From an uncultured delta proteobacterium (GTDB lineage: Bacteria; Desulfobacterota; Desulfobacteria; Desulfobacterales; B30-G6), in contig CAWGLD010000001.1 in assembly GCA_963823335.1 (NCBI GenBank), forward strand, positions 928,001 to 992,000: a stretch of 64,000 nucleotides of DNA. Reading direction: 5' to 3'. This document shows positions 30,164 to 39,842 of this stretch, in pieces. The position numbers and the translations under genes are program-made. The notes below the pieces were generated by a model. That model did no database searches. It had not been told where the DNA came from and was given only the letters and a program-made list of their open reading frames with translations. Each line of letters opens with the position of its first letter. Position 1 is the stretch's first letter.

Positions 30164-30254
30164 TGTGCCATTTTGGAACATAGCTTCATATTTCTGTTGT
30201 ATTGTTGAGAGATTGGATGGTATGTGCCATATTGGCATACGCCAAAGTGGCAGG
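30164..30254. promoter_or_regulatory. Candidate enhancer (UAS) sites for the sigma-54 activator
   Basis: Related dyads TGTGCCA-TTT-TGGAACA (30164-30180), TGTGCCA-TAT-TGGCATA (30223-30239) and TACGCCA-AAG-TGGCAGG (30238-30254). Confidence 0.6.
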
Positions 30255-30325
30255 GCAGTGACCCCTTGTCGGCCGCACAGGTATTTCAACATCGTTTCAA
30301 CTGTTTCCCAGATAGGAGGAAAGGT

Positions 30326-31696
30326 ATGGAGCCACATATTCTTGTGGTGGATGATGACCGTGATTTTCTTGAAATCATGAAACGTCGCCTTAAAGATCTC
30401 CATTTCAGGCATGTACATCTCAATGAAAATCCATTCAAGGCGGCATCCCTCATAGAAACCGGTAAACATATTGACCTGGCACTGCTGGACATGACCATGC
30501 CCGACATGACCGGGCTGGAACTTCTGGATATCATAAAAAAAATAAGCCCTGTCACCGAGGTCATTATCATCACGGCGGTGGACGAAGCCAGAACAGCTGT
30601 GACATGCCTGCAAAAAGGCGCTTATGATTACCTGATCAAACCGGTATCAAAGGAAGATCTGGCCTTGTCCATTCACCGCGCTCTGGAGCACAAACTGTTG
30701 CTGGATCTCCGAGATATCGGAAAGCAGCAGGCCGTACCCCGTCTCAAGGACAAAGAGGCCTTCAAAGAAATCAATACCGTCTCAAAACGCATGATGCGGG
30801 TTCTCAAGGAGGCCGAGCTACATGCCGTTAGCGATGTTCCTGTGCTCATCACCGGTGAAAGCGGCACGGGAAAAGAGTTGCTTGCACGAGCCATTCACCA
30901 GGCCAGCCCCAGAAGAACCCACCCATTTACAGCTATCAACATGGCCTCTCTCAACGGAAATCTGTTCGATGCCGAGTTTTTTGGACACACAAGAGGCGCC
31001 TATACAGGAGCAGAAAAAGACCGGGCCGGATATCTGGAATACACCCACAAGGGGACCCTTTTTATGGATGAAATTGGGCTTCTTCCCCTAGAGGTTCAGG
31101 GAAAGCTTCTTCGGTTTATGCAGGACGGCAGGTATCTCAAGCTGGGAACCAGCGCCGACAAACACGCGGATGTCCGTTTTGTTGCCGCTACCAACACCAA
31201 CCTGGAAAATCGCATGAAGCAACGACAATTTCGGAAAGACCTTTTTTACCGTATCCGAGGTGGATGGTTGCATCTACCTCCCCTGCGGGAACGCAAAAAG
31301 GATATTCCGCTGCTGATACGGACATTTCTTTCGACCCATTACGACCTCGACAAGGGAAACAGTATTACACCTGAGGCTATTGATATTCTTGTAAATTATG
31401 ACTTTCCCGGCAATGTGCGGGAACTCAAAGCCCTTGTACAGTCGGCTGCTAATCTTGCCCAGGGAAAACCCATCTCGCCCCGATTTCTCCCGGAATCCAT
31501 CCGCCGTCGAAAACAGCTCAAGACCACGGCGCTGGCGCCAGGCGCAGCGCCCCTCACATCCCTGGGCGTGGTGGAAAAAATCCATATTCTTCATGCTTAC
31601 CGGCAACTGGGGAAAAACAAATCCCAGACGGCCAGGATCCTGGGGATCGGTCTGAATACCCTGCGAAGAAAACTCGCCCTGTATGGGGAAAAATAA
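30326..31696 (+). CDS. Sigma-54-dependent response regulator (NtrC family)
   Basis: REC domain, GESGTGKE, GAYTGA (GAFTGA variant), LFMDEI, FRKDLFYR, FPGNVREL and a Fis-type HTH. AGGAGG RBS before ATG 30326. Confidence 0.95.
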   Translation: MEPHILVVDDDRDFLEIMKRRLKDLHFRHVHLNENPFKAASLIETGKHIDLALLDMTMPDMTGLELLDIIKKISPVTEVIIITAVDEARTAVTCLQKGAYDYLIKPVSKEDLALSIHRALEHKLLLDLRDIGKQQAVPRLKDKEAFKEINTVSKRMMRVLKEAELHAVSDVPVLITGESGTGKELLARAIHQASPRRTHPFTAINMASLNGNLFDAEFFGHTRGAYTGAEKDRAGYLEYTHKGTLFMDEIGLLPLEVQGKLLRFMQDGRYLKLGTSADKHADVRFVAATNTNLENRMKQRQFRKDLFYRIRGGWLHLPPLRERKKDIPLLIRTFLSTHYDLDKGNSITPEAIDILVNYDFPGNVRELKALVQSAANLAQGKPISPRFLPESIRRRKQLKTTALAPGAAPLTSLGVVEKIHILHAYRQLGKNKSQTARILGIGLNTLRRKLALYGEK

Positions 31697-31697
31697 A

Positions 31698-32384
31698 TCA
31701 GATCACCAACTGTTTGAATATCTGATAGACGAGTGGAATAAAAATGGCTGGAAGCATATTGCCAATCTTGAGTTTTTTTATCTCCAGGAGGTTGATTCCA
31801 ATGGCCAGAATCAGCAAGCCCCCGACTGCTGACATCTGTACTACGACACCTGGAATCAGAAACTGTTTCAAAACGGATGCCGCCAGTGTGATGGTTCCCT
31901 GGTAGACAAAAACCGACACGGCGGAAAAAATCACCCCCAAACCGAGGGTGGAAGCAAACAGGATCGAGCCAATGCCATCCAGGAGGGATTTGGCAAACAA
32001 GGTCTGGTGGTTGCCGGACAGCCCGCTCTCCAGGGAACCCACAATGGCCATGGCTCCCACACAATAAATCAGGCTTGCCGTCACAAACCCATTGGCGATG
32101 CCCTCTTTGTCTCCTGACACCAGGCGCCCCAACCATTTTCCCAATCGTTCTAGCCGGTCTTCGATGCGCAGCAATTCGCCGATAGCACTGCCGATGGCCA
32201 GGCTGATGATAATGAGTAAAATATCATCGGTTTTGAGGGCTGTTTTCAGGCCGATCAGAATCACGGCAAGACCGATGCCGTGCATAATGGTCTGGCTGTA
32301 TTTTTCCGGAATACTGCCCTTGAAAAGAAGCCCGATGAGGCTTCCTGCGATGATTGCTACGGTGTTGACAATGGTCCCGAACAT
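31698..32384 (-). CDS. DUF554 family membrane protein
   Basis: GTIVN..AI..GSLIG, GFVTASL.YCVGAMAI.GS and KSLLDG. Confidence 0.88.
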   Translation of the reverse strand: MFGTIVNTVAIIAGSLIGLLFKGSIPEKYSQTIMHGIGLAVILIGLKTALKTDDILLIIISLAIGSAIGELLRIEDRLERLGKWLGRLVSGDKEGIANGFVTASLIYCVGAMAIVGSLESGLSGNHQTLFAKSLLDGIGSILFASTLGLGVIFSAVSVFVYQGTITLAASVLKQFLIPGVVVQMSAVGGLLILAIGINLLEIKKLKIGNMLPAIFIPLVYQIFKQLVI

Positions 32385-32538
32385 GGGAATCGTTCCTTTC
32401 AGTCAAATGTCATTGATGCACCTCGCATCAAACACTGTGACATACCCAAATATCTTGGAAAGAACAATCACTAAATAACATCGCTGCGTGCTGTTATCAG
32501 ACCCGTCGTTGCCGCTTTAAAACATGTGGTTATCGGCA

Positions 32539-32736
32539 TCATTTCTTCTTAAAGATCGGACATCGCCTACACATCTTTTTGAGTTGTAGTACGGTCTCAT
32601 CAGACAACAGAAAAAGATGATCCTGGTTTATAATACTCAGACCCATAATAGCGTTCGTCTGATACGGGCAGACCATAGTGTTCCAGTTTTCACAACGTGC
32701 AAACAACAATTCGGGGGTAATATAATGATCAATCAT
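32539..32736 (-). CDS. Small Cys-containing hypothetical protein (65 aa)
   Basis: AGGAG RBS 8 nt before ATG 32736. C-x7-C...CxxC pattern. Fills an otherwise empty gap. Confidence 0.5.
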   Translation of the reverse strand: MIDHYITPELLFARCENWNTMVCPYQTNAIMGLSIINQDHLFLLSDETVLQLKKMCRRCPIFKKK

Positions 32737-32894
32737 GTGGTCGGCTCCTAACCCGATCATGACTGCACGCAAATCTGAAATGTGCAGATAAAAAGACTGA
32801 TCACAAGATTGTCAGATTACGATAGGAATTCAATGCCGAATAACTGCGGTTTAACTACGGATTTTAATTAGGCAGACTGGTTACGCGGCGTAAA

Positions 32895-33815
32895 TTACCG
32901 TTCCCCGCGCTTATAGGGCTCACCCAGCATGGCAGGCGCATTCAGTTTTCGCCGATCCCCCAGACCAATGATCAGCAGCACCGCCAATGTCGTCAGATAG
33001 GGCAGCATGGCCAGAAAATTGGGCGAAACACCCAAGGGCTGCAACAGATACTGAAGCACGAATATTCCGCCGAACAGAAAGGCACCGATGATGGCCCGTG
33101 TGGGATTCCAGAGCGCAAAAATGGTCAGAGCGATGACGATCCAACCCCTGCCGGCTGTCATGCCTTCAATCCATGACTTGCTGTAGGACACAGACAGATG
33201 GGCTCCGGCCATGCCCGAAAAGGCTCCCCCTGCCAGAACACAGGCATACCGTATCCAGGAGACATGAATTCCCTGGGCCTCGGTGGCCTTCGGGTTTTCC
33301 CCGGTGGATCGAATCTTGATGCCGATCCGCGTATGTTCCAGGGTAAACCACGCCGCAACGGCCAGAAGGATCGCCATATAAAAAAAGGGGCTTTGGCTAA
33401 AGAAAATGGGACCCACAAAGGGAATATCGGACAGAACCGGTATGGGAAACGTCTGCATTTTGACCACAAGCGGTTTGCCCACATAGGGTTTGCCCGCCAA
33501 CCCGGAAATGCCAAGCCCCAGCATGGTCAATGCCAGACCGGACACCACCTGATTCGACTGCAGGGTTATGGATGCAAAGGCGTGAACCAGTGAAATCAGC
33601 ATGCCGGCCAACACGGCGGCATAAAGCCCGAGCCAGGGGCTGTTGGTATAAAACGTGACAATGAAGGCCGTTACCGCCCCGATGGACATAACACCCTCTA
33701 CGCCCAGATTCAGAATTCCGGACCTTTCACAGAGGATCTCTCCGATGGTTCCCAAGAGCAAGGGGGTACCGGCGACCAATGTACGCTGGGCAACAGAAAT
33801 GATGATGTCTTCCAT
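32895..33815 (-). CDS. ABC transporter permease (BMP/nucleoside-type)
   Basis: GE...ERSG.LNLGVEG, GENP.A....GI.V and GRGWI.IAL. Confidence 0.92.
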   Translation of the reverse strand: MEDIIISVAQRTLVAGTPLLLGTIGEILCERSGILNLGVEGVMSIGAVTAFIVTFYTNSPWLGLYAAVLAGMLISLVHAFASITLQSNQVVSGLALTMLGLGISGLAGKPYVGKPLVVKMQTFPIPVLSDIPFVGPIFFSQSPFFYMAILLAVAAWFTLEHTRIGIKIRSTGENPKATEAQGIHVSWIRYACVLAGGAFSGMAGAHLSVSYSKSWIEGMTAGRGWIVIALTIFALWNPTRAIIGAFLFGGIFVLQYLLQPLGVSPNFLAMLPYLTTLAVLLIIGLGDRRKLNAPAMLGEPYKRGER

Positions 33816-33830
33816 AAATCATACCCTATA

Positions 33831-34922
33831 TCATGAAATTTTCGAGTTGGACCAGACGAGTCTCACCTTGTTTTTGAGAAAGAACTCTCCCATGATCAGA
33901 AACACAAGCAGCGTTCCGTTAAAGACTTCCACGGTTGCCGCCGGAAGACCTAGGGAAATTTGAATGGCGTCTCCCCCCACCAGGATGCCGGCAAAAAAGA
34001 TACCCGAAACAATGACATAAAGCGGGTTCAATTTGGCTAACCAGGCCACGATTATGGCCGTATACCCGTAGCCCGAAGATATGCTGGCGGGATAACTCAA
34101 ATAGTGGTGAATACCCGCGACCTCCCCAACACCGGCTAGCCCGGCCACGCCGCCACTGACAGCCATGATGATCAGTGTTGTTTTAAAAAAATCGATACCG
34201 GCGTACTTTCCGGCATCAGGGTTTTCTCCGATAACCCTGACTTCATACCCAAAACGTGTCTTGTAGAGAACCACGGCCAGCAAGATAACCGAAAGAATGG
34301 CCAGAAACAGGGTAACATAGTGAATTCTGGACCCGGGCAGCAGACCCAGCGTTGCCGCGGCCGGCAGATCGTCCGTGTAGGGAAAACCGAATTTTGTCTT
34401 GCCTTTCCATGGGCCCACGATCAGAAAGATCAAGAACTCTGCGCAAATGTAATTCATCATCAACGTTGAGATTACTTCGTTGATGGCGTACTTAATCTTC
34501 AAAATAGCCGGTATCACGCCCCACAGTGCTCCCCCTGTAAAACCGGCCAGGAACATCAGGGGCACAATGACAACGGACGGTAGGTGCTGGGCCCAGGTGA
34601 GCCCCACCCAGGTACCAAAAATCGCTCCCATAAGGAGCTGACTTTCTGCTCCGATATTCCAGAATTTTGCCCTGAAAGCCATGGCCAGACCACCGCCAAT
34701 GAGAATCAGGGGAATGGCTTTTGTAATGGTCTCCTTGATCCCGTAAAAACTGCCAAACGAGCCGGAAAAAATTTTGTAAAAAGCAAACAAGGGATTCACA
34801 CCGGAAAGCAGGAAGATAAGCCCGATGGACAGCAGGCCTGCTCCCAATGATATCAGCAGGGTCAGTGCCGATATTTTGGGTGTGATCTTAATTCTGTCGG
34901 TTACGTTGATCCTCAACATCAT
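33831..34922 (-). CDS. ABC transporter permease (BMP/nucleoside-type)
   Basis: WNIGAESQ, NEVISTLMMNY, GENPDA.KYAGI and GYGYTAIIVA.L. Confidence 0.92.
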   Translation of the reverse strand: MMLRINVTDRIKITPKISALTLLISLGAGLLSIGLIFLLSGVNPLFAFYKIFSGSFGSFYGIKETITKAIPLILIGGGLAMAFRAKFWNIGAESQLLMGAIFGTWVGLTWAQHLPSVVIVPLMFLAGFTGGALWGVIPAILKIKYAINEVISTLMMNYICAEFLIFLIVGPWKGKTKFGFPYTDDLPAAATLGLLPGSRIHYVTLFLAILSVILLAVVLYKTRFGYEVRVIGENPDAGKYAGIDFFKTTLIIMAVSGGVAGLAGVGEVAGIHHYLSYPASISSGYGYTAIIVAWLAKLNPLYVIVSGIFFAGILVGGDAIQISLGLPAATVEVFNGTLLVFLIMGEFFLKNKVRLVWSNSKIS

Positions 34923-34940
34923 AAACCGCTTTGCAGGCCT

Positions 34941-36482
34941 CTATAAGGTCTTGTTTTTGAAATTCGACTCAACGCGTGTAGATCCTGTCATCATCATACC
35001 AATATCCGCCAGACGTGAATCGCGGGCATCCAGAATCCCCATGAATTCACCCTGAAAAATTACGGCAATCCGGTCACAAAGTTCAAAAATTTCCTCCAGG
35101 TCTTCAGAAACCAGCAATACGGCACCACCCTCTTTGCGGCGTTTCAATAGCAATTTGCGAAGATATTCCGTTGCCCCGACATCCAGTCCGTATGTCGGAT
35201 GAGATGCCACCAGCAGCGGAGGGGCTGCGTTGATTTCACGACCCAGAATCAATTTTTGAATGTTGCCGCCGGAAAGATTTTTTGTCTGAACCTGAATAGA
35301 GGGTGCCATCACCTGAAATGTCTTGATGAGGTTACGGGTGTGCTCTTTGATTTTTTTATAGGTCAAAAATTTATTGTTGGCGTATTTATCAAGATGGTGC
35401 TGTTTGAGAATCGCATTTTCATACAGATACAACCCTGGTGCAATCCCGAATTTGATGCGCTCTTCCGGCACATGGGAGATGCCGCTGTCATAGGCGACCC
35501 GGGGAGACACATTGGTGATATCCCGATCATGGATGTGCACGGATCCGCTATCGCTTTTTCTGAGACCGGTGATGGCTTCCACGAGTTCCCGCTGGCCGTT
35601 ACCGGAAACACCTGCAATGCCAAAAATTTCATTTTGATAGATATTGAAGGTGACATCATTTACCGCAGGAAGCCCTTTGTCACCCGTAACACAGAGGTGC
35701 TTGACCTTCAGAACCTCTGTGCTTCTGGGCATCTCGTCTTTTTCAATGTCAAAAACAACATCCCGGCCGATCATCATCCGGGCCAGTGCTTTTATATCGA
35801 CCGCTTTGGTTTCCGCATGTCCGGTAACCTTGCCCTTGCTCAGAACAGTTACCCGGTCACAAAGTTCCATGATTTCGCCCAGTTTATGGCTGATCAAGAT
35901 AATCAGGTGGCCCTCGGTCTTCATCTTTTGAAGAATAACGAACAGATCTTTGATTTCCTGAGGTGTCAACACCGAGGTCGGTTCATCCAGGATAAGAAGG
36001 CCCGCACCGTTGAAGAGGGCCTTGATGATTTCTATCCGTTGCTGTTCACCCGCTGAAAGCTGCCAGACTTTTTTCTGCGGATCGATTATTAAATTAAATT
36101 TTTTTGAAAACTGAACAATACTGTCGTTGATTTTTTTCTGAGGAAAAAAGAAAGGGGTCTGTTTGTATCCCAGGGCAATGTTTTCGCCGGCGGTATGGTT
36201 CTGGATCAGCATGAAATGCTGGTGGACCATGCCGATGCCCAACTGAATCGATTCCAGCGGTGACCGAATTTTAACGGCTGTTCCATTTATCCGAATCTCA
36301 CCTGAATCCGGCTGATACAATCCGTAAAGGATATTCATCAGCGTGGTTTTACCGGCACCGTTTTCGCCCAGCAAGCCCAAGATCTCCCCGGATTGTATTG
36401 ATAGACATATCCGGTCATTGGCCGGAATGCCGTTGAATGCTTTTGAAATGTCGACCATTTCCAGCTGTTCAATTTTCTTCAT
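34941..36482 (-). CDS. ABC transporter ATP-binding protein (tandem ABC domains)
   Basis: GENGAGKTT, LSAGEQQRIEI, LDEPT, LSGGNIQK and HPTYGLD. Start ATG 36482. Confidence 0.93.
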   Translation of the reverse strand: MKKIEQLEMVDISKAFNGIPANDRICLSIQSGEILGLLGENGAGKTTLMNILYGLYQPDSGEIRINGTAVKIRSPLESIQLGIGMVHQHFMLIQNHTAGENIALGYKQTPFFFPQKKINDSIVQFSKKFNLIIDPQKKVWQLSAGEQQRIEIIKALFNGAGLLILDEPTSVLTPQEIKDLFVILQKMKTEGHLIILISHKLGEIMELCDRVTVLSKGKVTGHAETKAVDIKALARMMIGRDVVFDIEKDEMPRSTEVLKVKHLCVTGDKGLPAVNDVTFNIYQNEIFGIAGVSGNGQRELVEAITGLRKSDSGSVHIHDRDITNVSPRVAYDSGISHVPEERIKFGIAPGLYLYENAILKQHHLDKYANNKFLTYKKIKEHTRNLIKTFQVMAPSIQVQTKNLSGGNIQKLILGREINAAPPLLVASHPTYGLDVGATEYLRKLLLKRRKEGGAVLLVSEDLEEIFELCDRIAVIFQGEFMGILDARDSRLADIGMMMTGSTRVESNFKNKTL

Positions 36483-36501
36483 TCGTATTCCACAAAAAGA
36501 A

Positions 36502-36530
36502 AATGGGGGCTGCCCAAGGTCAACCCCCAT
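36502..36530. terminator. Intercistronic hairpin after the substrate-binding protein gene
   Basis: ATGGGGG-CTGCCCAAGGTCAA-CCCCCAT stem between the BMP and ATPase genes. Confidence 0.45.
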
Positions 36531-36548
36531 ATATTTTTGAAAGGGTCC

Positions 36549-37703
36549 TTATTTGGGAATACTTCCCGCGACATTATCCACGAAATACATGATACTGAGC
36601 AAATCCTCTTTGGATGCCCGCGTACCCGCTTTAATCTGGAGATTGCCGGTGTTGTCATAAACAGGGCCATCATATGGATCGAAGACATCCGGGCCCTGCA
36701 TCATCTGGTCATATCGTTTTACCACCAGGTCATAGGCGGATATTTTTCCAAAATCCTTGCTGTCGAGCATGATGGATTTCAGGTCACCCTCGAACTTCTT
36801 GTTGACGATGCCATCAAAGTCACCACCCAGCAATACGGCTTTCTCTTTGGCCAACCACCAGTAATCCTTATTGGTCCAGGTTCCGTCATAGAGATCCTGA
36901 AGAATTTTAACATACATGACCCCCCAGTCTGCCAGTTGACCGGAAACAACCGAATCAACCCCGTAGGCCTGCATGGGGCTGTAATGGCTGTAAGTGTAAA
37001 TCTGTTTTCCCTTTTCGCTGTGTTCCTGACCGACTTCAATCACGGCCGGGGTGTCTTCCGTAAAAGCGAGCGTATCACAGCCCTCGGCAATAAGGGATTC
37101 CGCAGCCTCTTTGGCCTTGTCCGGGCCATACCAGGCATAGATCCACTTGACATGAACCTTTGCGGCTGGGTTGGTCTCTTTTATACCCAGGGCAAATGCG
37201 TCGATATGTCGAATCAGTTCAGGAATTGGAAATGCGGCAACATACCCGATTTTATTGCTCTTTGTCATGGCTCCCGCCATGAGACCATTCAGGTAATACA
37301 TCTGATAAAGATCGCCAAAATAGGTGCCGACGTTCTCGGTCTGCTTAAAACCGGAACAATGCATGAAGTGTTTGTTGGGGTATTTCTTGCCGGCTTTAAT
37401 CGTGTCGTCCATGTAGCCGAAGGACGTCGTGAAAACAACATCGCATTTCTCTTCCTGGATAAACCGATCGACTATTCTGGCTGAATCGGCCTCAGCCACC
37501 GATTCGATAAAAACAGTTTCAAGCCAGGGCAGTTTTTCCTCGGCAAACTTTCGACCAACATCATGGGCATGCGACCAACCATAGTCACCCACCGGGCCCA
37601 CATAGACGAATCCTGCCTTGAGTTTTTTGTCGTCTGCAGCCGCAATTCCAGTAGCTAGCAGCATACAAAGACAGACAACTAACAAGTGATAAAAACGTTT
37701 CAT
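36549..37703 (-). CDS. BMP family ABC transporter substrate-binding protein (purine/nucleoside-like)
   Basis: Signal peptide, GFVYVGPVGDYGWSHAH, TTSFGY and IGYVAAFPIPE. Confidence 0.92.
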   Translation of the reverse strand: MKRFYHLLVVCLCMLLATGIAAADDKKLKAGFVYVGPVGDYGWSHAHDVGRKFAEEKLPWLETVFIESVAEADSARIVDRFIQEEKCDVVFTTSFGYMDDTIKAGKKYPNKHFMHCSGFKQTENVGTYFGDLYQMYYLNGLMAGAMTKSNKIGYVAAFPIPELIRHIDAFALGIKETNPAAKVHVKWIYAWYGPDKAKEAAESLIAEGCDTLAFTEDTPAVIEVGQEHSEKGKQIYTYSHYSPMQAYGVDSVVSGQLADWGVMYVKILQDLYDGTWTNKDYWWLAKEKAVLLGGDFDGIVNKKFEGDLKSIMLDSKDFGKISAYDLVVKRYDQMMQGPDVFDPYDGPVYDNTGNLQIKAGTRASKEDLLSIMYFVDNVAGSIPK

Positions 37704-37971
37704 TTTCTGCTCCTTTTGGTTTAATTTGGATGGATTTTTATCTTTTCGGACCTGTCATTTTAAAAAATGGCGCAAACATCAGCTTTGCAGCTTAGCGCAT
37801 AAAACCGAAAATATTAAAGAGCATTCATACGATAGTCTCCTCACCGAAGTCAACCACTTGATGGATCCAAAACATACCTTTTCTTGCTTTGTTGTTGACA
37901 TAGAAAAAGATTGCGGTATAGAGCTTTCCTAAGCTTACACGATCATCTGTATAGACATGGAGGTACAAAAC

Positions 37972-38385
37972 GTGTACGGACTCGAAGCAATTAAGGCCTA
38001 CAACGGTTGGGCCATGGCCATTACAGGCGCCGTCATCGTCATGATAGGCCTCACCATTCTGTCATTTATTATATCCCAGCTTCATCGGATCATCGATATC
38101 GTCGACAATCGAAATAACCGCAAGGCAAAAAAAAAATCAGCCCGGAGCCAAACAGCTGTTTCGGAAACCAAAGCGGTGATGACGCCCCTTTCGGATCTGA
38201 GCGAAACAATGAATCGTTTCAAGCCATTGACACAGAAAGCCGGCGATACCTTCGATCTGGCAGCACTTTTTCAGATCTTCATTCACCATGACGACCCACA
38301 CCCGCACCTGACCATTCGTTCATTAAGAGAACAAGGTTTTTTGATTCCGGCCGGGGAAGGTCTTTTCTCCTGGAAACTTCAATAG
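37972..38385 (+). CDS. oadG: Na+-transporting decarboxylase gamma subunit (OadG family)
   Basis: A single TM segment (MAITGAVIVMIGLTILSFII), a linker and a His-rich C-terminal motif, directly before oadB. GTG 37972 follows GGAGG; ATG 37957 is an alternative start. Confidence 0.75.
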   Translation: MYGLEAIKAYNGWAMAITGAVIVMIGLTILSFIISQLHRIIDIVDNRNNRKAKKKSARSQTAVSETKAVMTPLSDLSETMNRFKPLTQKAGDTFDLAALFQIFIHHDDPHPHLTIRSLREQGFLIPAGEGLFSWKLQ

Positions 38386-38407
38386 TACGACCTAAAAGGT
38401 TAATTGC

Positions 38408-39535
38408 ATGGATTTATTTATCCAATTTCTAACCAACACCGGCTATTATCTGGCAGACTATCGGAACCTGATCATGCTCGTGATCGGCTGCACATTTGTT
38501 TATCTGGCCATCGGCAAGAAATATGAACCGTTACTGCTACTGCCCATCGGTTTTGGTGTTATCGTCGGAAACATCCCCTTCTTCAAAGGTTTCGGGCTGG
38601 GCATCTACGAGCCGAACAGTGTCCTTCACTACCTCTATTTCGGTGTCACGACTGGACTGTATCCGTCTATTGTCTTTTTAGGGCTGGGTGCCATGACCGA
38701 TTTCTCATCGCTGCTGGTACGTCCAAAGCTCATGATGTTGGGTGCGGCAGCCCAAATGGGCATATATTTCACATTACTAAGTGCCCTTGCATTCGGATTT
38801 CTACCCAAGGAGGCCGCCTCCATCGCTATTATCGGTGGTGCCGATGGACCAACGTCCATCTTTTTAACCGCCAAGCTGGCGCCCCATCTGATTGGACCTG
38901 TTGCCATCGCCGCCTATTCCTATATGGCCCTGATTCCCATCATACAGCCGCCCATCATGCGCCTTCTGACAACCAGGAAAGAGCGCCTCATAAAAATGCC
39001 GGACATCGAAAGAACCGTCTCACGCAAAGAACTGCTCCTTTTTCCGGTTATCGGTGTCATCCTGTGCTGCTTTCTGGCACCGGCATCGATTCCGCTATTG
39101 GGAACCTTCTTCTTTGGCAACATTATGAAAGTGTCCGGTGTGGTCGACCGCCTGGCCAAGACAGCCGCTTCTTCAATTATCGATACCGCCACCATCTTTC
39201 TGGGTCTTACCGTCGGTGCCAGCACCCAGGGAGATGTTTTTCTAACTCCAAAATCAGTCGGCATTTTCGTTCTCGGTGCCGTGGCTTTCAGTATTGCAAC
39301 AGCCTCGGGAGTACTTTTTGCAAAGCTGATGAATCTGTTCACGAAATCGAAGATTAACCCCCTTCTCGGGGCAGCCGGCGTATCCGCGGTACCAGGTTCT
39401 GCCAGAGAAGTCCATCTGGTGGGTCAGAAAGAAGATCCCAGCAATTATCTGCTCATGCATGCCATGGCCGCAAATTCGTCGGGTGTTATTGGATCGGCGA
39501 TCTGTGCTGGTATCTTGTGGAGTTTTTTAGCATAA
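38408..39535 (+). CDS. oadB: Na+-transporting decarboxylase beta subunit
   Basis: YEPLLLLPIGFG, GAMTDF, IIGGADGPT, AAYSYMAL and GAAGVSAVP. Confidence 0.95.
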   Translation: MDLFIQFLTNTGYYLADYRNLIMLVIGCTFVYLAIGKKYEPLLLLPIGFGVIVGNIPFFKGFGLGIYEPNSVLHYLYFGVTTGLYPSIVFLGLGAMTDFSSLLVRPKLMMLGAAAQMGIYFTLLSALAFGFLPKEAASIAIIGGADGPTSIFLTAKLAPHLIGPVAIAAYSYMALIPIIQPPIMRLLTTRKERLIKMPDIERTVSRKELLLFPVIGVILCCFLAPASIPLLGTFFFGNIMKVSGVVDRLAKTAASSIIDTATIFLGLTVGASTQGDVFLTPKSVGIFVLGAVAFSIATASGVLFAKLMNLFTKSKINPLLGAAGVSAVPGSAREVHLVGQKEDPSNYLLMHAMAANSSGVIGSAICAGILWSFLA

Positions 39536-39545
39536 GGAGGTTCCC

Positions 39546-39842
39546 ATGCTCGCCAAAATCTTGATCGAAAGACAGTTTACATTGGGTAACGAAAAAGAGA
39601 TTCTTTCCCTTCTCAACAAATTACGCTCCCTCGCTATGGATCAGACGGGATATATTTCCGGTTTGACCATGACGGCCCCTGATGATCCTGGAAACATGAT
39701 GGTTATCAGTACCTGGCAGACCCTTGACAGCTGGCATTCATGGAAAGAAAACATGGAACGGAAAAATCTGGAGGCCATGCTGGACATCTACCAGGAAAAA
39801 CCGACCTCATACCGGGAATATGTGGTGGGGATGGGCTTTTAG
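39546..39842 (+). CDS. Antibiotic biosynthesis monooxygenase (ABM/Dabb) family protein
   Basis: GYISG.T...VISTW....W..W. AGGAGG RBS. Confidence 0.8.
   Translation: MLAKILIERQFTLGNEKEILSLLNKLRSLAMDQTGYISGLTMTAPDDPGNMMVISTWQTLDSWHSWKENMERKNLEAMLDIYQEKPTSYREYVVGMGF

Noticed and set aside
35199-37484. Long plus-strand ORFs 35199..36056 and 36537..37484
   Set aside because: They are antisense shadows of well-supported ABC transporter genes and contain no recognisable motifs.
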